Of a stretch of 60,000 nucleotides of DNA, positions 31,012-44,181 are shown piece by piece. Under the pieces are notes generated by a model. The model saw nothing but the letters and a program-made list of their open reading frames with translations, was not told the origin of the DNA and made no database searches. The number at the start of each line of letters is the position of its first letter. The first letter of the stretch is position 1. Location of the stretch: NCBI GenBank assembly GCA_964187785.1, contig OZ076409.1, positions 86,368,001 through 86,428,000 on the forward strand, read 5' to 3'. Source of the DNA: Amphiscolops sp. MND2022. Its lineage: Eukaryota. Both the position numbers and the translations under genes were made by a program.

Positions 31012-33145
31012 ACAGAGGCGAAGCCGTGCTTCGCAAACACTTGCGAAGAAGTTGCAAACTTTTGAAGGAAACCAAATAAACTATCATACGGAGAACCAAG
31101 GGTAAAAGGACATTATTGTTAAAATTTCATCAATTTTACAGCGCCAAAAAATACCCGAAGGGATACGCATAAATCTCGAAAACCATTCTTCCCCAACTGG
31201 AAACAGCAAAAAGATCTTTCTCAACCGAAAACATTTCATGAAAACAGAAAATAAATTTTTCGAAATTTCTCGAAAATTTTTTTGACGAAGGTCTCCGGTA
31301 AGTCGCAAAGTGCCGAATACTTTGAGCAGTCCTTTATGCTCGAAAAACGTTTCATTTCTAGTAGAAATTGAGGGGGCTTCGATGAAAACAAAGTAGAAAA
31401 AAAGTCGCATAGAAAAAACGCCGGTCGTTAAAAAAAAAACAAAATTCGGATATAGCGTGCTGGGCCTCAGAAAACCTAATTTCAAGACAAAAATTATGCA
31501 TTTTGAAAATTTCACAATGCCAAAAACTGTAAAAGGGGCGCCCTTCGAGATTTTTTTAAACATCCATTGAAGGGGAACCAAAAAATTGAAGGGGAACCTT
31601 TGAAAAAATTTCGAGAACAGAAAATGAGAATTTTTAAATGTCTCATAGTGCCGAAAAATCTGAAATAAGGGACCCTTTGGGATTTTTTAACATTCGTTGT
31701 AGCAAAATATCAAAAAAAATTAAGGGAGGAGCCTTTGAGGACTTTGAAAAATTTTCGGAAAAAAGTCTCAAAAAGCCGGAAAAGGGAGAGTCTCAGTGCC
31801 GAAAGTGAGAACCTTCTGCTTCGGAATACTTGTAAACAAGACGGGAACGTCTAAAGTCGGCGTCATATCTGAGGCTCAAAAAGCGCAAAAAAAAATTTTG
31901 GAAAAAATTGAAATTTTTGAAAAATTTTTTTCTTTCGAAAAAAGTCGCATAGTGCCGAAAAATCTAAAAGGGGGATCCTTCTGGATTTATTAACATACAT
32001 TCCGTTGCAAAATATCAAAAAACTCGAAGGGGGGACCCTTTGGGGACAAAAAAATTTCGAAAAAAAGTCGCACAGTGCCGAAAAAAACTCAAAGGGGGGA
32101 CCCTATAGTCTCGTCCTGTTTTGTATCTTACGATAAAAATGGACTTACTGAAAGGGGGGACCCTTTGCACTGTCTCAAATGCGCTGCCAGTATTTTAGTA
32201 GTACTGTATTTAGTAGTTGAACGTTAATTTTAACGTTCGTCGCTTCGAGTCTGTTTTAAATAAAAAAAACGAGTGACTGTAATAGTCGGGCTCTTTTCTT
32301 AAAAGCGCCGACTAAAAATTAGCACATACGCACGTGTTCGAACACGAACCCTCTGGGTTGAAAAACAAGCATCTTACCACTGGACCACGAACGCCTGAAC
32401 TATGCGACTTGCGGGCTGAAACGAGGGAGTTGTCGCGCGGAAAAAGCACTCGCACTTTCCCATAACACTTGCTTATCGCAAGTGTAAAAAAACTTCCATT
32501 TTTTGAACCTTGAGCGGGGCGCCGACTTGGGCCGTTCCCGGCTCGTTATTAGTCGGCGCTTTTCGTAAAAAACGCAGACTATAGCACTGGCTTTTTTGAG
32601 AGCAACGACGTGACAGATTTTATAGGCTTTATAAGCTGTTGCTTTCCCTAACTGCCACACTGAACTTGGCATGGAGGTTAATTAGGATTTTTTGAGGTCT
32701 GTCAAGTAGAAGAACGTGGGTTCGAGTCTCGCCCTTGACCAAAATTTTTTGTGCATGTTATTTCGGCTGTGAGACTTTCTTGGCAAATTTCTGTCTCCAA
32801 AGGGTCCTCTCTTCAATTCTTTATATTTTGCAACAAAATGAATGTTCAAAAAATCCCAAAGGGCCCCCTTCTACATTTTTCGGCACTATGTGACTTACCG
32901 GAGACTTCAAAAGAATTTCGAAAAAAAAGTCGGAAACTTTTTTTCCTCAATTTTTAGTTTTTTTTGAGAGGTTTAGTTGTCGCCAGTTTTGGAAAAAGTG
33001 GTTTTCGAGTCTTATGCGTATACCTTGAGGTATAATTTTGCTGTGAAACCGATGAAATTTCAACAAAAGTGTACTTTTGCATATGTAAAAAAAACATATT
33101 TTTACCCTTGAGCATGGCGCCGACTTGGACCGTTCCCGGCTTGTT
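31012..33145. mobile_element. Cluster of nested and adjacent HINE-like elements (31835-32318 forward, inside an element ending at 32547; 32549-33145 reverse)
   Basis: Family termini at 31835, 32313, 32547, 32549 and 33145. Confidence 0.65.
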
Positions 33146-33334
33146 TTAATTTATCGAGGCATGAAGAATCAAAACAACTGTATACTCATTAAGAAAATAG
33201 GCCCCTCCGGGACACACTATTTCTGCTTCAATCTTTCATTAATAATAAAATCATATCAGTAATACCAATACACTCCTGCTTAATCATTATAATCACTGTA
33301 CCAGTTTATACCGCCTTTACATCTGGGACTAAAG

Positions 33335-33625
33335 CAAATATAACTACTAAGCGTAGACGAAGTTTTGCATTCGCATTTGAATCCAGGCGAAGCTCTCGGC
33401 GAACGAATAATTAACACTCATTCGCTTCATCTCTAACTCGGCGCACGAAAGCATAATTACGAACATTCACTCGCTTCATATCAATACTTAAGCGTACGAA
33501 TGCATAATTACCACTCGCTCGTTCCATCGCACGAGAATTGAAATGTCGTCGGCAGTTTGAGAAATTTAATTCTCACGCTTATAAGCACTGTCGAACAAAA
33601 TATCTGAATTTTTCAGTATCGTGGC
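33335..33625. repeat. Dispersed ~300-bp repeat, second copy at about 35872-36090
   Basis: Shared AAATATAACTACTAAGCGTAG...GCATAATTACCACTCGCTCG...TGTCGTCGGCAG. Class unknown. Confidence 0.75.
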
Positions 33626-34165
33626 AAGAATTTTACTGAAAAAAATTGACATCTCTTGAGGTTTTAATAATTTTCCTGTGTGCTTATAAAAAAAGTGAGT
33701 GTACCCAGAACAAGCCAACGTAGAGAGATTGTCATTAATACATCTGGTATTGGTAAGAAAAGACAAGAAATCAGTTGTATCTCAAACTTATGTGATCGGT
33801 ATTCGCAGCAAACTTTGGAGAATAATGGATCTCATTTGACGACAGGAAATATCAGAGCAGTGGCTCATGATATCGTGCGATGAAATTAAATAGCTGACGT
33901 GAACAGAGAACTGATACCTACTCGATCAACAGAGCTTCGTGAAATTGATTTGAACGACAATGAACTTCTAGTGAATACTAGAAGAATGAGACAAAATGGA
34001 GTTGGATTGATTTTCGAATCTGGGTAACATGGTCGCCTAATTGTATGACGAGAACGGGCCAAAATCAAACACTGAACTTATCACATCGTTCATGAAATAG
34101 AGATGAAGCTTATAAATACAATTGTTCACATGTATCACATACGAGAAAAGAAGTTAATTTCCCCA

Positions 34166-34508
34166 TTACCGCGGGGAGACGCCGAATAAGCAGCTCTGCT
34201 TGTCTAAGTCGGCACCCTTTCGGATACTATCTCCCCATAGCAAGATATGGCTCCATATTTGCAGCCAAGTGGTCAAGCAATGGTGGTTTTGAAACTGTGG
34301 TTTCAAAGTGACTTGCCCAAGGTCACAAAGGTCTGACTGCTCATCGTTGCTTATTTTTGCTTTCAATGACGTTATTTTTTGTTATTGACCATACCACTAA
34401 GCTAGGGATGAAGGACTTGCTTAAGGATCAACAATGGTGAGTTGAGAGATTCGAACTTGATACCGCCCCAGTAAAGGCAGAATGCTCTAATCACTACGCC
34501 ATGCTCCC
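34166..34508 (-). mobile_element. tRNA-derived SINE with a CORE-like segment
   Basis: Minus strand GGGAGCATGGCGTAGTGA (A box) and AGTTCGAATCT (B box). TGTGACCTTGGGCAAGTCACTT at 34306-34327. Confidence 0.6.
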
Positions 34509-35117
34509 ACTTAATGCCATAAGTATTATAAGATGTTTCTTGGACCACGAGATCCAAACTGGCAACTTGTCATTGGGACTTTTCAATTTGTCCAACGTTT
34601 TCGAAAACTCTCTTCTCTCATACGAAAATTTTGAAAAACCCTGCGCAAACAAAATCAAGTTGTCATTTCATTACAAGAACTTATTTGAAGTCGAGCAATT
34701 AGCTGATAGAAAATGTTTTTGGCAATTTAGCTATTTTCGGAAAGATTTGCGATGTCGAAATTCTGGTTTACAATGCACCGGATATGCCATACTTTCCCGT
34801 CCAATGGAAAACGGATTCCAATGCAACTCTGTAATGGGACTTGATGAGCTAGATTGCTAGTGCATAATTAAGTAAAATCAACGATTCTTGCGACCTATTA
34901 ATCTTTATACAAATTTGAAACTCCAGCGCCATCTAACAAAAAAGTATTTAAAAACTCAGGACCGCCTAGTGTTTTGAAAGTGAATATGGACATATTAGAT
35001 TACCGCAACCTTTAACTACAAGTATACCAGAGGTGACTGTACAGTTTTATATGAAAAGCACTGGGATTAGAATAATTAAATTGGCTGTTTGAAAGATCAA
35101 CAAGGAAAACAATTATT

Positions 35118-38100
35118 TCAAAATTTCTGTAATGAAGACAGATGTGGTGCTTTCAAAGACCGCGGGACAAGAATTCCAGGCCTGGTCAGACTATGGATTT
35201 TGGGCTCTATCCCGTAGAATCTCCACATTTTGGTATGTTTGTCCCGTTTGTAGTCGATGTGATATACAGTCTGTTGGAGTTCCTCGTCTGTCAACTCTCC
35301 ATCGGGGGCTATATTAGTCCCTACAAGTGTTTTTCCATCACTTGGAGATGCTGAAATGATAAGAATGCTAAAAAAACAGCAATTGACCTTATCCAACTAA
35401 TATCGAGAAATGAGAAGAAATCTGTATAAAAATATACGTAGTTTAAATAAAGGAATTATAGAACTGCAAACCAGTACATTTCTCTTGATAAGAACACCGG
35501 TCCTGACGTCTTATGCTTTTTGTATACTTTATATACAGAGAAGACATGAAATATTAACATTAGGACAGGTTGTTTGCATCAATCAAGTAAGAATGGTCCT
35601 GCAAATCGAAGCGAACACAGCTGATGCTTTACATGGTCGCTGCCTATTTGAAGCTAGTTAAGGAATGATTATTTGAACAGTAACAAGGGTATCGTAGCAA
35701 CTTTGATTGCATCATGTCAGTCTCCCCTCCTTGACTATTGTTCCTATTAATTAGGTATATACTTAAAATAGGCCACTGTGGGGCACAGTATTATTTCTGC
35801 TTTTTGCTCTGTCATGTTCAATAATAGAAGCATATCTGTAATAATTAAACACTCAAAATAAAACACACTAAAAATATAACTACTAAGCGTAGCCGAAGTT
35901 TCGTAATCGCATTTGAATGCAGGCAAAGCTCTCAGCGAACGAATAATTAACACTCCAATAACTCGGCGTACGAATGCATAATTACCACTCGCTCGCTTCA
36001 TCGCACGAAAAACGAATTGTCGTCGGCAGCTTGAGTTATTTGAATGTCACGCGATACTCACTGCCGAACCAAATATCTGAACCCTTTTTAGTAGGTACTC
36101 GGTTAACGAACAAATTCGATTGAAAAAACTTCCAGTTTCTACATTATTCCTGTTATTATAGAAATAATGAAAATAAGTATCGTTTATACTGAAGATTGCG
36201 TGGCACTAACAGATTTCCGGGCTCTGGAACCTATGATGCAGAGAATTGCGCTCTTGAGGAGAGCGAAGCTCAGCTTTATTCAGCTCAATATGAAAATGTC
36301 AGATATATTCACAAGACGGGAACGTCTAAAGTCGGCGCCATATCTAAGGCTCAAAAAGCGCAGATTTGAAACATGCGTAGGAAGTTTTCATGAAAAACTC
36401 CTGTTTCCGGACCTCCGCCTCCTCCTTGCAAAAAAGCTATATAGTTCAGATATAACGTCAAAAGTTCGGATATAGCGCTTAATTCCGGATATTACGAGGC
36501 ATCCGTTTAAAAAGTAAAAACTGAAAAGGGGACCATATCTGGTTTTGTATGTTACGTTTAAAAAGTAAAATACTGAAAAACCCTTTGCGATAACTTAGAT
36601 GCGTTTCCCACGTATTCGTTTAGTTGAACAAACTGAACAAAAAGTTCGTCGCTTCGAGCCTGTCTTTAAAAAAAACAAGTGACTGTAATATTCGGGCTCT
36701 TTTATTAATAACAGCGCCGACTAAAAATGAACGAAATTGATTCCGGTGTCGTTAAATTTTACGAACTGAGCGTTATCATTTGGGAGAAAAGACTTCCACA
36801 AATCTTTGAGAGGTTAATTTTATAAACTCACACAGATTCCGTCTGTAATTTATGACTACAGAATAATGAAATCTAGAGAAGAACCGGAATCAAACGTGCA
36901 CCCTTCACTAACCCAATAGGATAGGGTAATGAGGAAAATCGTCCCTGAACAAGACAACGTGCAGTTTTTTCTCATCCGCTACTTCCTGGTGCGTCTTTTG
37001 ATTGGCTAAAATATTGAACACCGCCTTCACAGTCTTGAGCGTGTTAGGAGGTCCTTCTATTTTGGCATACACGTCAGTGAAGCCAGCCAAAATTAGAATC
37101 TCACGGATCACTCGCGAACATCTGGAACAAAAATGTGAAACTCGTCCATCTTTTGACCGAAAGGTCATAAAATATTTAGCGTGGTGCTTACGGTAAATTA
37201 TACGGAACAGAAACACTGTTTCCATTGTGTAAAAGGTTAATAGAATCAAACAACTCTGGCCAAATTAGCAAAACTTTTAGCGAATAAATGAAGTTGACTT
37301 ACGGAGTAAGACCATCCCTTTGTTTCCGTGAATAAAGGAAATACGAAATGTACCAACTGGAGTCAACGTTTTGTAAATGCATCCTAAAATTTCGACGCCC
37401 CTCCTGTTGACATAATTTCCAATGAATTTCTTTTAAAAAGCGGACAAAAGCGCACCACATTCAAAGTGAACACTGATTTTTCCGCAAGAAAGTCAAGGAC
37501 TTATACATATACTGACTCGGATTCATCACAGAATAGAACAAGTCATGAACGACCCAAGTCGGCGCCCGCTCCAAATTCGAACACTAAAGTTTTACAACTA
37601 TGCAAAATGACACTATTGTGGAGATTTTCATCAAATTTACAGTACCGAAAAACACCCGAAAGGATCCCCGCAAGACTCAAAATCAACTTTTCCCCTACCT
37701 CGAAACATCAAAAAAAACTTTCTTCCAGAAAAGTCTCAGGGCCGAAAAATCCAGGAGACTCGTTAAGTTCGCAAAACATACTGATCTGAAAGCTTTTTTT
37801 AAAAGTGACAAAGATAAATGAATGACCAAATGAAACTTTTTCCGGAAAAAAATTCGCAACGAAAAAAGTAGGCTTTTTCCACAAATATTAAGAAACTCAT
37901 CGGTTTCACAGATGCAAGAAACAACCAAAGATGTCAACATTAAGACTCGGTAAAGTTTTCTTTATCAGAAAACTTTTGTCGATAAGTCGCATTATGTCGG
38001 AAAACCCTAAGGGGACCTCTGCACTGGCAAAAAGCTGTTTCCGCTAAAAACTGGAGGGGGCTTCGGCGAAAAAATTCAGAAAAATCTTAATTAAATTATT

Positions 38101-41100
38101 TCCGCTTCAGACCCACTTGAGACCTCCACCATGATGCATTCGGCGCATGTGAACCGTAGTTCTGTCTTCATCCATGGAAGAGTCGAAGAAGATTGTGGAA
38201 TTGTCAAACTTCTCCACATACATGAGACGCTTTGAAGCGTGTTTCTTAGCTATTTTCACTGCCTGTGTCATCTGTTCAGCTGAAACGAAAACATCTAATT
38301 TGCCAATCATACCAAACATACAATGCGAAGCGCTACACCCTAACCTAGCTTTGGGTTGTTCTTCTATATGAACTTCAGAAGTCGCACTACTACTGTTCAG
38401 AAACGCATACTTTCAAAATTCAAGAAAAATGGTGGAAAGTTTTAATTTAAACTCACCTTTGCCAACTCCATAGCCAATGAGACCATTGTAATTGCCAATC
38501 ACAACTAGCACCCACTTGCGGTAGTTTCTGCCTTTGCTCTTCATGGTACCCACACGTTTTACTTTTAATATCTTCGTTTGAAAACCGTCATAACTCACAG
38601 TTTGGTAACTTTCGGGCTGTCCTACGGTTAGACCTCCTAAACCTTTCGACGTCCACCCACGAATACTCAAGGGTGCGTTGTAACTCTTTTTGCGAATGCT
38701 TTTATCAGCTGCATCGAATTTGGCAATCTGGGCATCCTGGATTTCTTTCAATGATCCCAGAGGTTTGTCTACGTGGACAGTGTTATATCGATCACGTGAT
38801 TTTCCACCGGAGGGTGCACAAGAGGGTATACTAGTTGAGAAATTTCTCCTGGAAGCGACATTGCCGATTCTTTCAGTTTTGGTGGCATCGGTCTTGTTAA
38901 CGGCAGAGCTCTGTAGTTGTCTTTTGTTATCTGGGATAAGTCGAAAAGCGTCCTTCTTCACTTGGAGCCAAGATTTGGTGAGTCCGTGTGAATCACTGGA
39001 GACGGGAACTTCAAATGTACCTACAATAATCACGTTTATTTACTGAAGGACTTCACAAAAACAATGATGTAAAAGTACACTGGTGGACCTTTTTAGCAGG
39101 CTTTCGTAGAAATCCCAGACTAAAGCAGTGGCTTTAGACCAGCGATCTGACAGACTTCGGTAAATTCTATAACTTGTAACTTGCTCCCAATACTTGGTCT
39201 AGTGTTAGCGCTCGGGAGTGACCGTGCCTGGAGAGCAGTAGTTTGTGGGTTCGAGTGATAAAAGGGTATTTCTTTTCTCACAAAAGTAAACGAGACCAAA
39301 GGGTCCCACGTTTGTGGTTTTTATTCAGCATTGGGCAACTTTTTTTCGACCAAAAATTTCATTTGATAAAAAACGCATTTCGTTTTTTAAAATGATTCCG
39401 GTTTGGAAAAAGCTTTTCGCAAGCTTAAAGGGTGCAGTTTTTAGCTTAATTGTTTTTTTTTGGCAGAATGCGACTTTTTTGGAGGACAATTTTTGGAAAG
39501 AAATTCTATAAAATTGGGGATTTTAAATGTTCCCAGTTTAAGGAAAAGCTGTTTTCGGGTCTCAAGGGTACCCCTTCGGCTATTTCTCGGAACTGTAATA
39601 ATTTTCACAATAATTGCCCCTTTGCATATTTGAAACACCTCGATCTTTTTATTGAACCTTGAGCCGGGCCCGTCCAGAAGTTCATTGACGATACCTATAT
39701 TGTTTTTTTTAAATTTTCAAGTAGGAAAAGCGTTTCTAAACCAAAAAAGTCCACATTTTAGTTTTTTGGCACAGTGCGACTTTTCAAAAATTTCGCTTAG
39801 AAAAAAGCACTCATTTGGTTTTCTTGGTACTTTTAGTTTTTTAAAGCCTTTTCAAAACCAAAGGATCCCTCGTTTGGATTTTTCAGCACTGTTCAACTTT
39901 TTTAGAAAATTTTCATTTCACAAAAGGGTTCTCGCTGTTTTTTTCTGATGTTTCAGTTGGGAAAAGTAGCAGAAAAGCTTCGGTTTTTTATGTGCCTTTA
40001 AATGTTTTAATAACACAGAGGCGAAGCGGTGCTTCGCAACACATGACGAAGACATTATTTTAAAATGCGTATATTCTTCTTCTTTTAGTGCCGTGTCTGG
40101 TCACAGACATAGGCTTTCCATAAAAGTCTCCATTCTTCTCTTCTTTGCGATTTTTATGCACTCGGCCCGACTTCTTTTTAATTTTTCCGAGATATCATCA
40201 AGATATGTCTTTCTACTTCTTCCTCTGGATCTATTGCCGTTGATGTATCCGGAAAGAATTGTTTCTTCCGAATCGCATTTTCTGATCACATGTCCAAAGA
40301 ATTTAAATTGTCTCGTTTCAGTATCATCCGACTTTTCTGGGTTTTACTTAAAACAAATTCATTGGTTTTGTGTGCTGTGTATGATATGCGCTCCATTTTC
40401 CAGAGATACCACATTTCAACACTTTCAAGGAGTTTCTTCGACTCAAGATTGAGTGTCCAGGTTTCACACGCATACAAAAGTACAGGCCAAACGTAGCAAC
40501 GTAAAACTCTAAATCTGGTTTTGAAGGGAAGTTTTTTGTTTGACAGGATCTTTTTCAAATTGGTGAAAGCACTTTTTGACTGGGCTATTCTACATTTTAT
40601 TTCTTTTGTACATTTTCCATCTTCTGTTATGAGCGTCCCTAGATAAGTGAAGGTTTCTGTTTGATTAATCTTTTCTTCATTCAAATATATTGAGCACTTT
40701 TCTGGTTCTTTGGAGATTACCATTACTTCGGTTTTGTTTTTCTTGGTGTTAATTTCCATTCCATGCTTTTCACATGCATCCTTCAAGGTTGTCATTAACA
40801 ACTGCAGTTTGTCCTCTGAATCCGCGATCACTGCTGTGTCGTCTGCAAATCGAAGATTGTTAATGTTCATCTGGCCAATGCTGACAACTTTCATTTCTTC
40901 TATTGACTTCATTATTTTTTCACTGAAGGTATTATACAGGATTGGGGATGCTACACAGCCTTGTCGGACACCAATCTTGATGTCAAAGACACCAGTTTCC
41001 TCGAAACCAACTCTCACCGTTGCTTTTTGTTTCCAGTAGATATTTTGTAGAAGGCGAAGGTCTTTGTCATCGATGCCGGCTTCATCAAGGGCTTCTAAAA

Positions 41101-42626
41101 CTTCGTTGTGCCTGACCTTATCGAAGGCCTTCACAAAATCAATGAAACAGACGAAACGTTTTTGTTGGTGGTTCAACAATCTCTCTGCAATAACTCTCAG
41201 ACATAAAATGGCATTTCTAGTGCCTCTGTCTGGCATGAATCCGAATTGCTCTTTGCTGATTGAAAAGTGGGCTTTCTTTTCAATTCTCTGTACCATGATT
41301 CTCAGCAGCAACTTTAAAACATGGCTCATGAGAGAAATTGTCCTAAAATTTACACATTCTGTAGCACTAGGATTTTTGGGCAAAGTGACAAAAACAGACT
41401 TGAGCATTTCATCAGGAACAACGCCCGTTTCATAAATGCGGCTAATCAGGTGATGAACTAAGTCTATTCCCATCTCTTCTAGTGCTTTCAGCGCTTCTAT
41501 CGGAATACCATCAGGCCCCATTGCTTTATTTGCCTTAGCAATTTTCATAGCCCACCAGACTTCATCCTTAAGTATGGGTGGTCCTGTTAACGGCTCTTCG
41601 AAAACGAAGGGCATTGATTCACTTCTATTTGGATCGTCATACAAATTTTTGGTATATTGCTGCCATCTATACTTGACTTCACTGCTTTCTAAGAGCAATA
41701 ACCCGTTCTCATCTTTAATCATGTTCGTTCTGCGGGAGTTGCGTTGTTTTCCTGAGAGTTCCTTGATTCGTTTGTGTGCTTCAGCTGGGTTTACAAGAAG
41801 TCTTCCTTCGATTTCTTCGCATTTTTCTTCCAGAAACTTCGTGTATTCCTCATTGCACTTTTTTGACCAGTTTATCTATTAAAGGGTATTCAATTCTTCC
41901 TTTTGCTTTTCTGCGTTTATTTTGCTTTTCTGCGTTTATATATGCGTATATATATTATTTTAATCGCATGCGTATATATTCAACAGTTCAACTTTGTTCA
42001 ATAACGTCCCTATGGCACAGTGGTCAACACTTATGCCGTGCAATCGGGAGGCTGCAGGTTCGAATCTCTCTGAGGTTTTGGCTTTTGTCTAATAGGCGCT
42101 CATTATGAAGTTGACTATTGTGGAAAAAAAACTTTCTTAGCTGGACTGCAATGCACATTGACTTCGTCATGTGCAATAATTTCACAGCAGTTTGAAATTC
42201 CTGAAAACTACATAGCAAATTTTTCATCGCTTAGGAATTTTATTTCCTTTTGATTCTAAAAATATCCCAAAGAGTTTAATAAAACTAACCGGACTCAAAT
42301 GCATCTTTCAAATTTTCATTGTAGTGTTGGATTTTAACGGGAGCATTCAACCCAGGCCAATGAATGCCTAGCTTGCCAGTACCAACGGGTCTCCCTAGAT
42401 TGAGATCCTTCACAGCCTTTTTGATCAGTCGCTTGCCACCAGTATGCTTCTTTTGATCATGCGGAGTGACTCCTTGCCATAGCTGAGCCGCTGTTTTCGA
42501 GTTGATGAAATTAGAGCCGCAGCGTAGCTGTGAAATCAAAGGGGGCTGGAGCGCACCAAGGGATGTGTTTGAAGAAACTAGAGTTTGACGAAGAATTGAA
42601 ACTTTGCAGTAACGGCAGCGATTCAT
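35118..42626 (-). CDS. MRPS5: Mitochondrial ribosomal protein uS5m. Exons 42626-42290, 39020-38457, 38279-38117, 37121-36913, 35350-35118 (1506 nt)
   Basis: AAQLWQGV, KDLNLGRPVG.GK.GIHWPGLNAPV, RGWT..GLGG, VLVVIGNYNGLIGYGVGK, AGFTDVYAKIEG, QKTHQEVADEKKLHVV. GT-AG introns in phase. Confidence 0.93.
36311..36727 (+). mobile_element. DINE-1/HINE-like element in an MRPS5 intron
   Basis: ACAAGACGGGAACGTCTAAAGTCGGCGCC ... GCGCCGACTAAAAA. Confidence 0.7.
37537..38090 (+). mobile_element. Degenerate HINE-like element in an MRPS5 intron
   Basis: ACAAGTC..CCAAGTCGGCGCCCGCTC start and family internal motifs. Other end not clear. Confidence 0.5.
39090..40050 (-). mobile_element. Degenerate HINE-like elements in MRPS5 intron 1
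   Basis: TTTTTAGCAGGCTTT..CCCAGACT start, GAACCTTGAGCCGGGC end (~39665), GAGGCGAAGC.GTGCTTCGC hairpin shared with 31015. Confidence 0.5.
40075..41941 (-). mobile_element. RTE-clade LINE, 5'-truncated (RT domain only)
   Basis: KAMGPDGIP, FRTISLMSHVLK, FIDFVKAFDKV, GVRQGCVASP, LRFADD, LYACETWT. Short (GAA)n 3' tail. TSD ATGCGTATAT (40065, 41942). Frameshift near 40300. Confidence 0.92.
42006..42110 (+). mobile_element. tRNA-derived SINE head
   Basis: TGGCACAGTGG A box and GGTTCGAATCT B box. No complete acceptor stem. Confidence 0.5.
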
Positions 42627-43129
42627 CGCAGTCAGCAAAAACGCAGACAATTTTCTAATTGACCAGTAAACTCTGAAAAAGGATGCACATAGAGTAGGAG
42701 ATTGTAATATTTCCAAAAAATATATATACATTCTTAAGTGTTTAAGAATACCGTTTAAGGTACCGCGTTTCATGATGGCGATCTAATATCTATGAAGTAT
42801 TTTTACGGTCGGGAAAAAGAATTGAGATTTTCCGGAAAATGAAATTTGACAGCCAGAATTATCACTTTACCACTCATTGAAAAATGTTGTTTTTTGAGGA
42901 TAATGTAATGATCATAATCAAAAATTCTATAACAGACATCCGACGATGAGAGGGACCAATCACAGGGACATCCTATCAGAGGACGCCACAGGGCACAGCT
43001 GGAACGAACGGAAAATGAATAACACAACCGCAACGAGAACGACAGAGACTGGACTAGTCCACAACTATCCACTGAATTATAAACTTTCTTGAAACTTGTA
43101 ATTTATATACATCCATATTTTATCTTGAA

Positions 43130-43338
43130 ACTACAAACCCATTAAACTTTAGGAAACTTAAACTATTTTTTTTTCTATTTCTTTTGACTAAAACAGAGTA
43201 TAGTCTACTGTTTTAGTCGAAAGAAATAAAAAAAATTGTTCAAGTTTCCTAAAGTTTCATAGATTTGCAGAGTTATTAGAGATGCGTTTCGCTGGGTCTA
43301 CTGAGTAGACCCAGCGAAACGCATCTCTAACAACTCTG
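43130..43338. repeat. Two adjacent long palindromes
   Basis: Imperfect arms at about 43144-43196 / 43208-43257. Near-perfect 35-bp arms at 43268-43302 / 43304-43338. Confidence 0.9.
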
Positions 43339-43533
43339 AAGTCAAAATGATCATTTAAAACAGCAGTTAAATTCAACTGAATTCTAAAATGAAAAAGACC
43401 TTCCGCTCGACAATAAATTGACACATAAATTTAAAACAGAAATTCATAAAATCAAACAAATTGTTCAAAGAATAGTGACAGGCTGGCCTGTAGGGGCGCC
43501 ACGCGCCCCGCAAGGAGGAAGACTGAGCCATAA

Positions 43534-44044
43534 AACAAGTCGGGAACGGCCAAAGTCGGCGCTATACATAACACTCAAAAACCGCAGTTTTTGAAATATG
43601 CATTGGACGTTTCCATGGAAAACTGCTGTTTTCGAACCTCCGCCTCCTCCTTAAGTCAAACGCAATATAGTTCGGATATAATGTCAAAAATTCGGATATA
43701 GCATTTACTCCGGATATTACGTCAAAATTTCAGATAGTATTGAAAAATATTATCCGTGGGCATATATTGAGAAAACCTCATTTCAGATTGAAAGAAATTT
43801 GAAACAGTCCCATAGTGCCGAAAAATTTAAAAGGGGAGACATTTTGGGCTTTTTGAAACTGCATTCTGTTGCAAAACATCAAAAAACTGAAGGGGGCCCT
43901 TTGGTGTAATCAAAAAAGTTTCGAAATAAGTCTCATAGTGCCGAAAAAAAATTGAACAAATGAACAAAAAAGTGGACCATACATGGCTAAAGAACTACCC
44001 ACTGTAAGAGTCGGGCACTTTTCTTCAAAAGCGCCGACTCAAAA
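43534..44044 (+). mobile_element. DINE-1/HINE-like element
   Basis: ACAAGTCGGGAACGGCCAAAGTCGGCGC ... AGTCGGGC..GCGCCGACT. Confidence 0.7.
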
Positions 44045-44181
44045 TGGAAATAACTGATGAAAATAAATAGCTTTGACACAGTTTTCCTTCTTTCCCTGGG
44101 CATTTTTCTTCTTGGCGCTTTTTCCAATAACCAAAATGTTTTGTGGTAACAAGTTAAGATGAGCAGAGCGCAATATAATCA

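Noticed and set aside
29249..32957. Many Lys/Phe-rich short ORFs
   Set aside because: Translations of A/T-run-rich HINE-like repeats.
33680..34070. Coding-like stretch on the plus strand
   Set aside because: Interrupted by stops and has no identifiable motif.
42006..42080. Possible tRNA gene
   Set aside because: A and B boxes are present but there is no proper cloverleaf or acceptor stem; treated as a SINE head.
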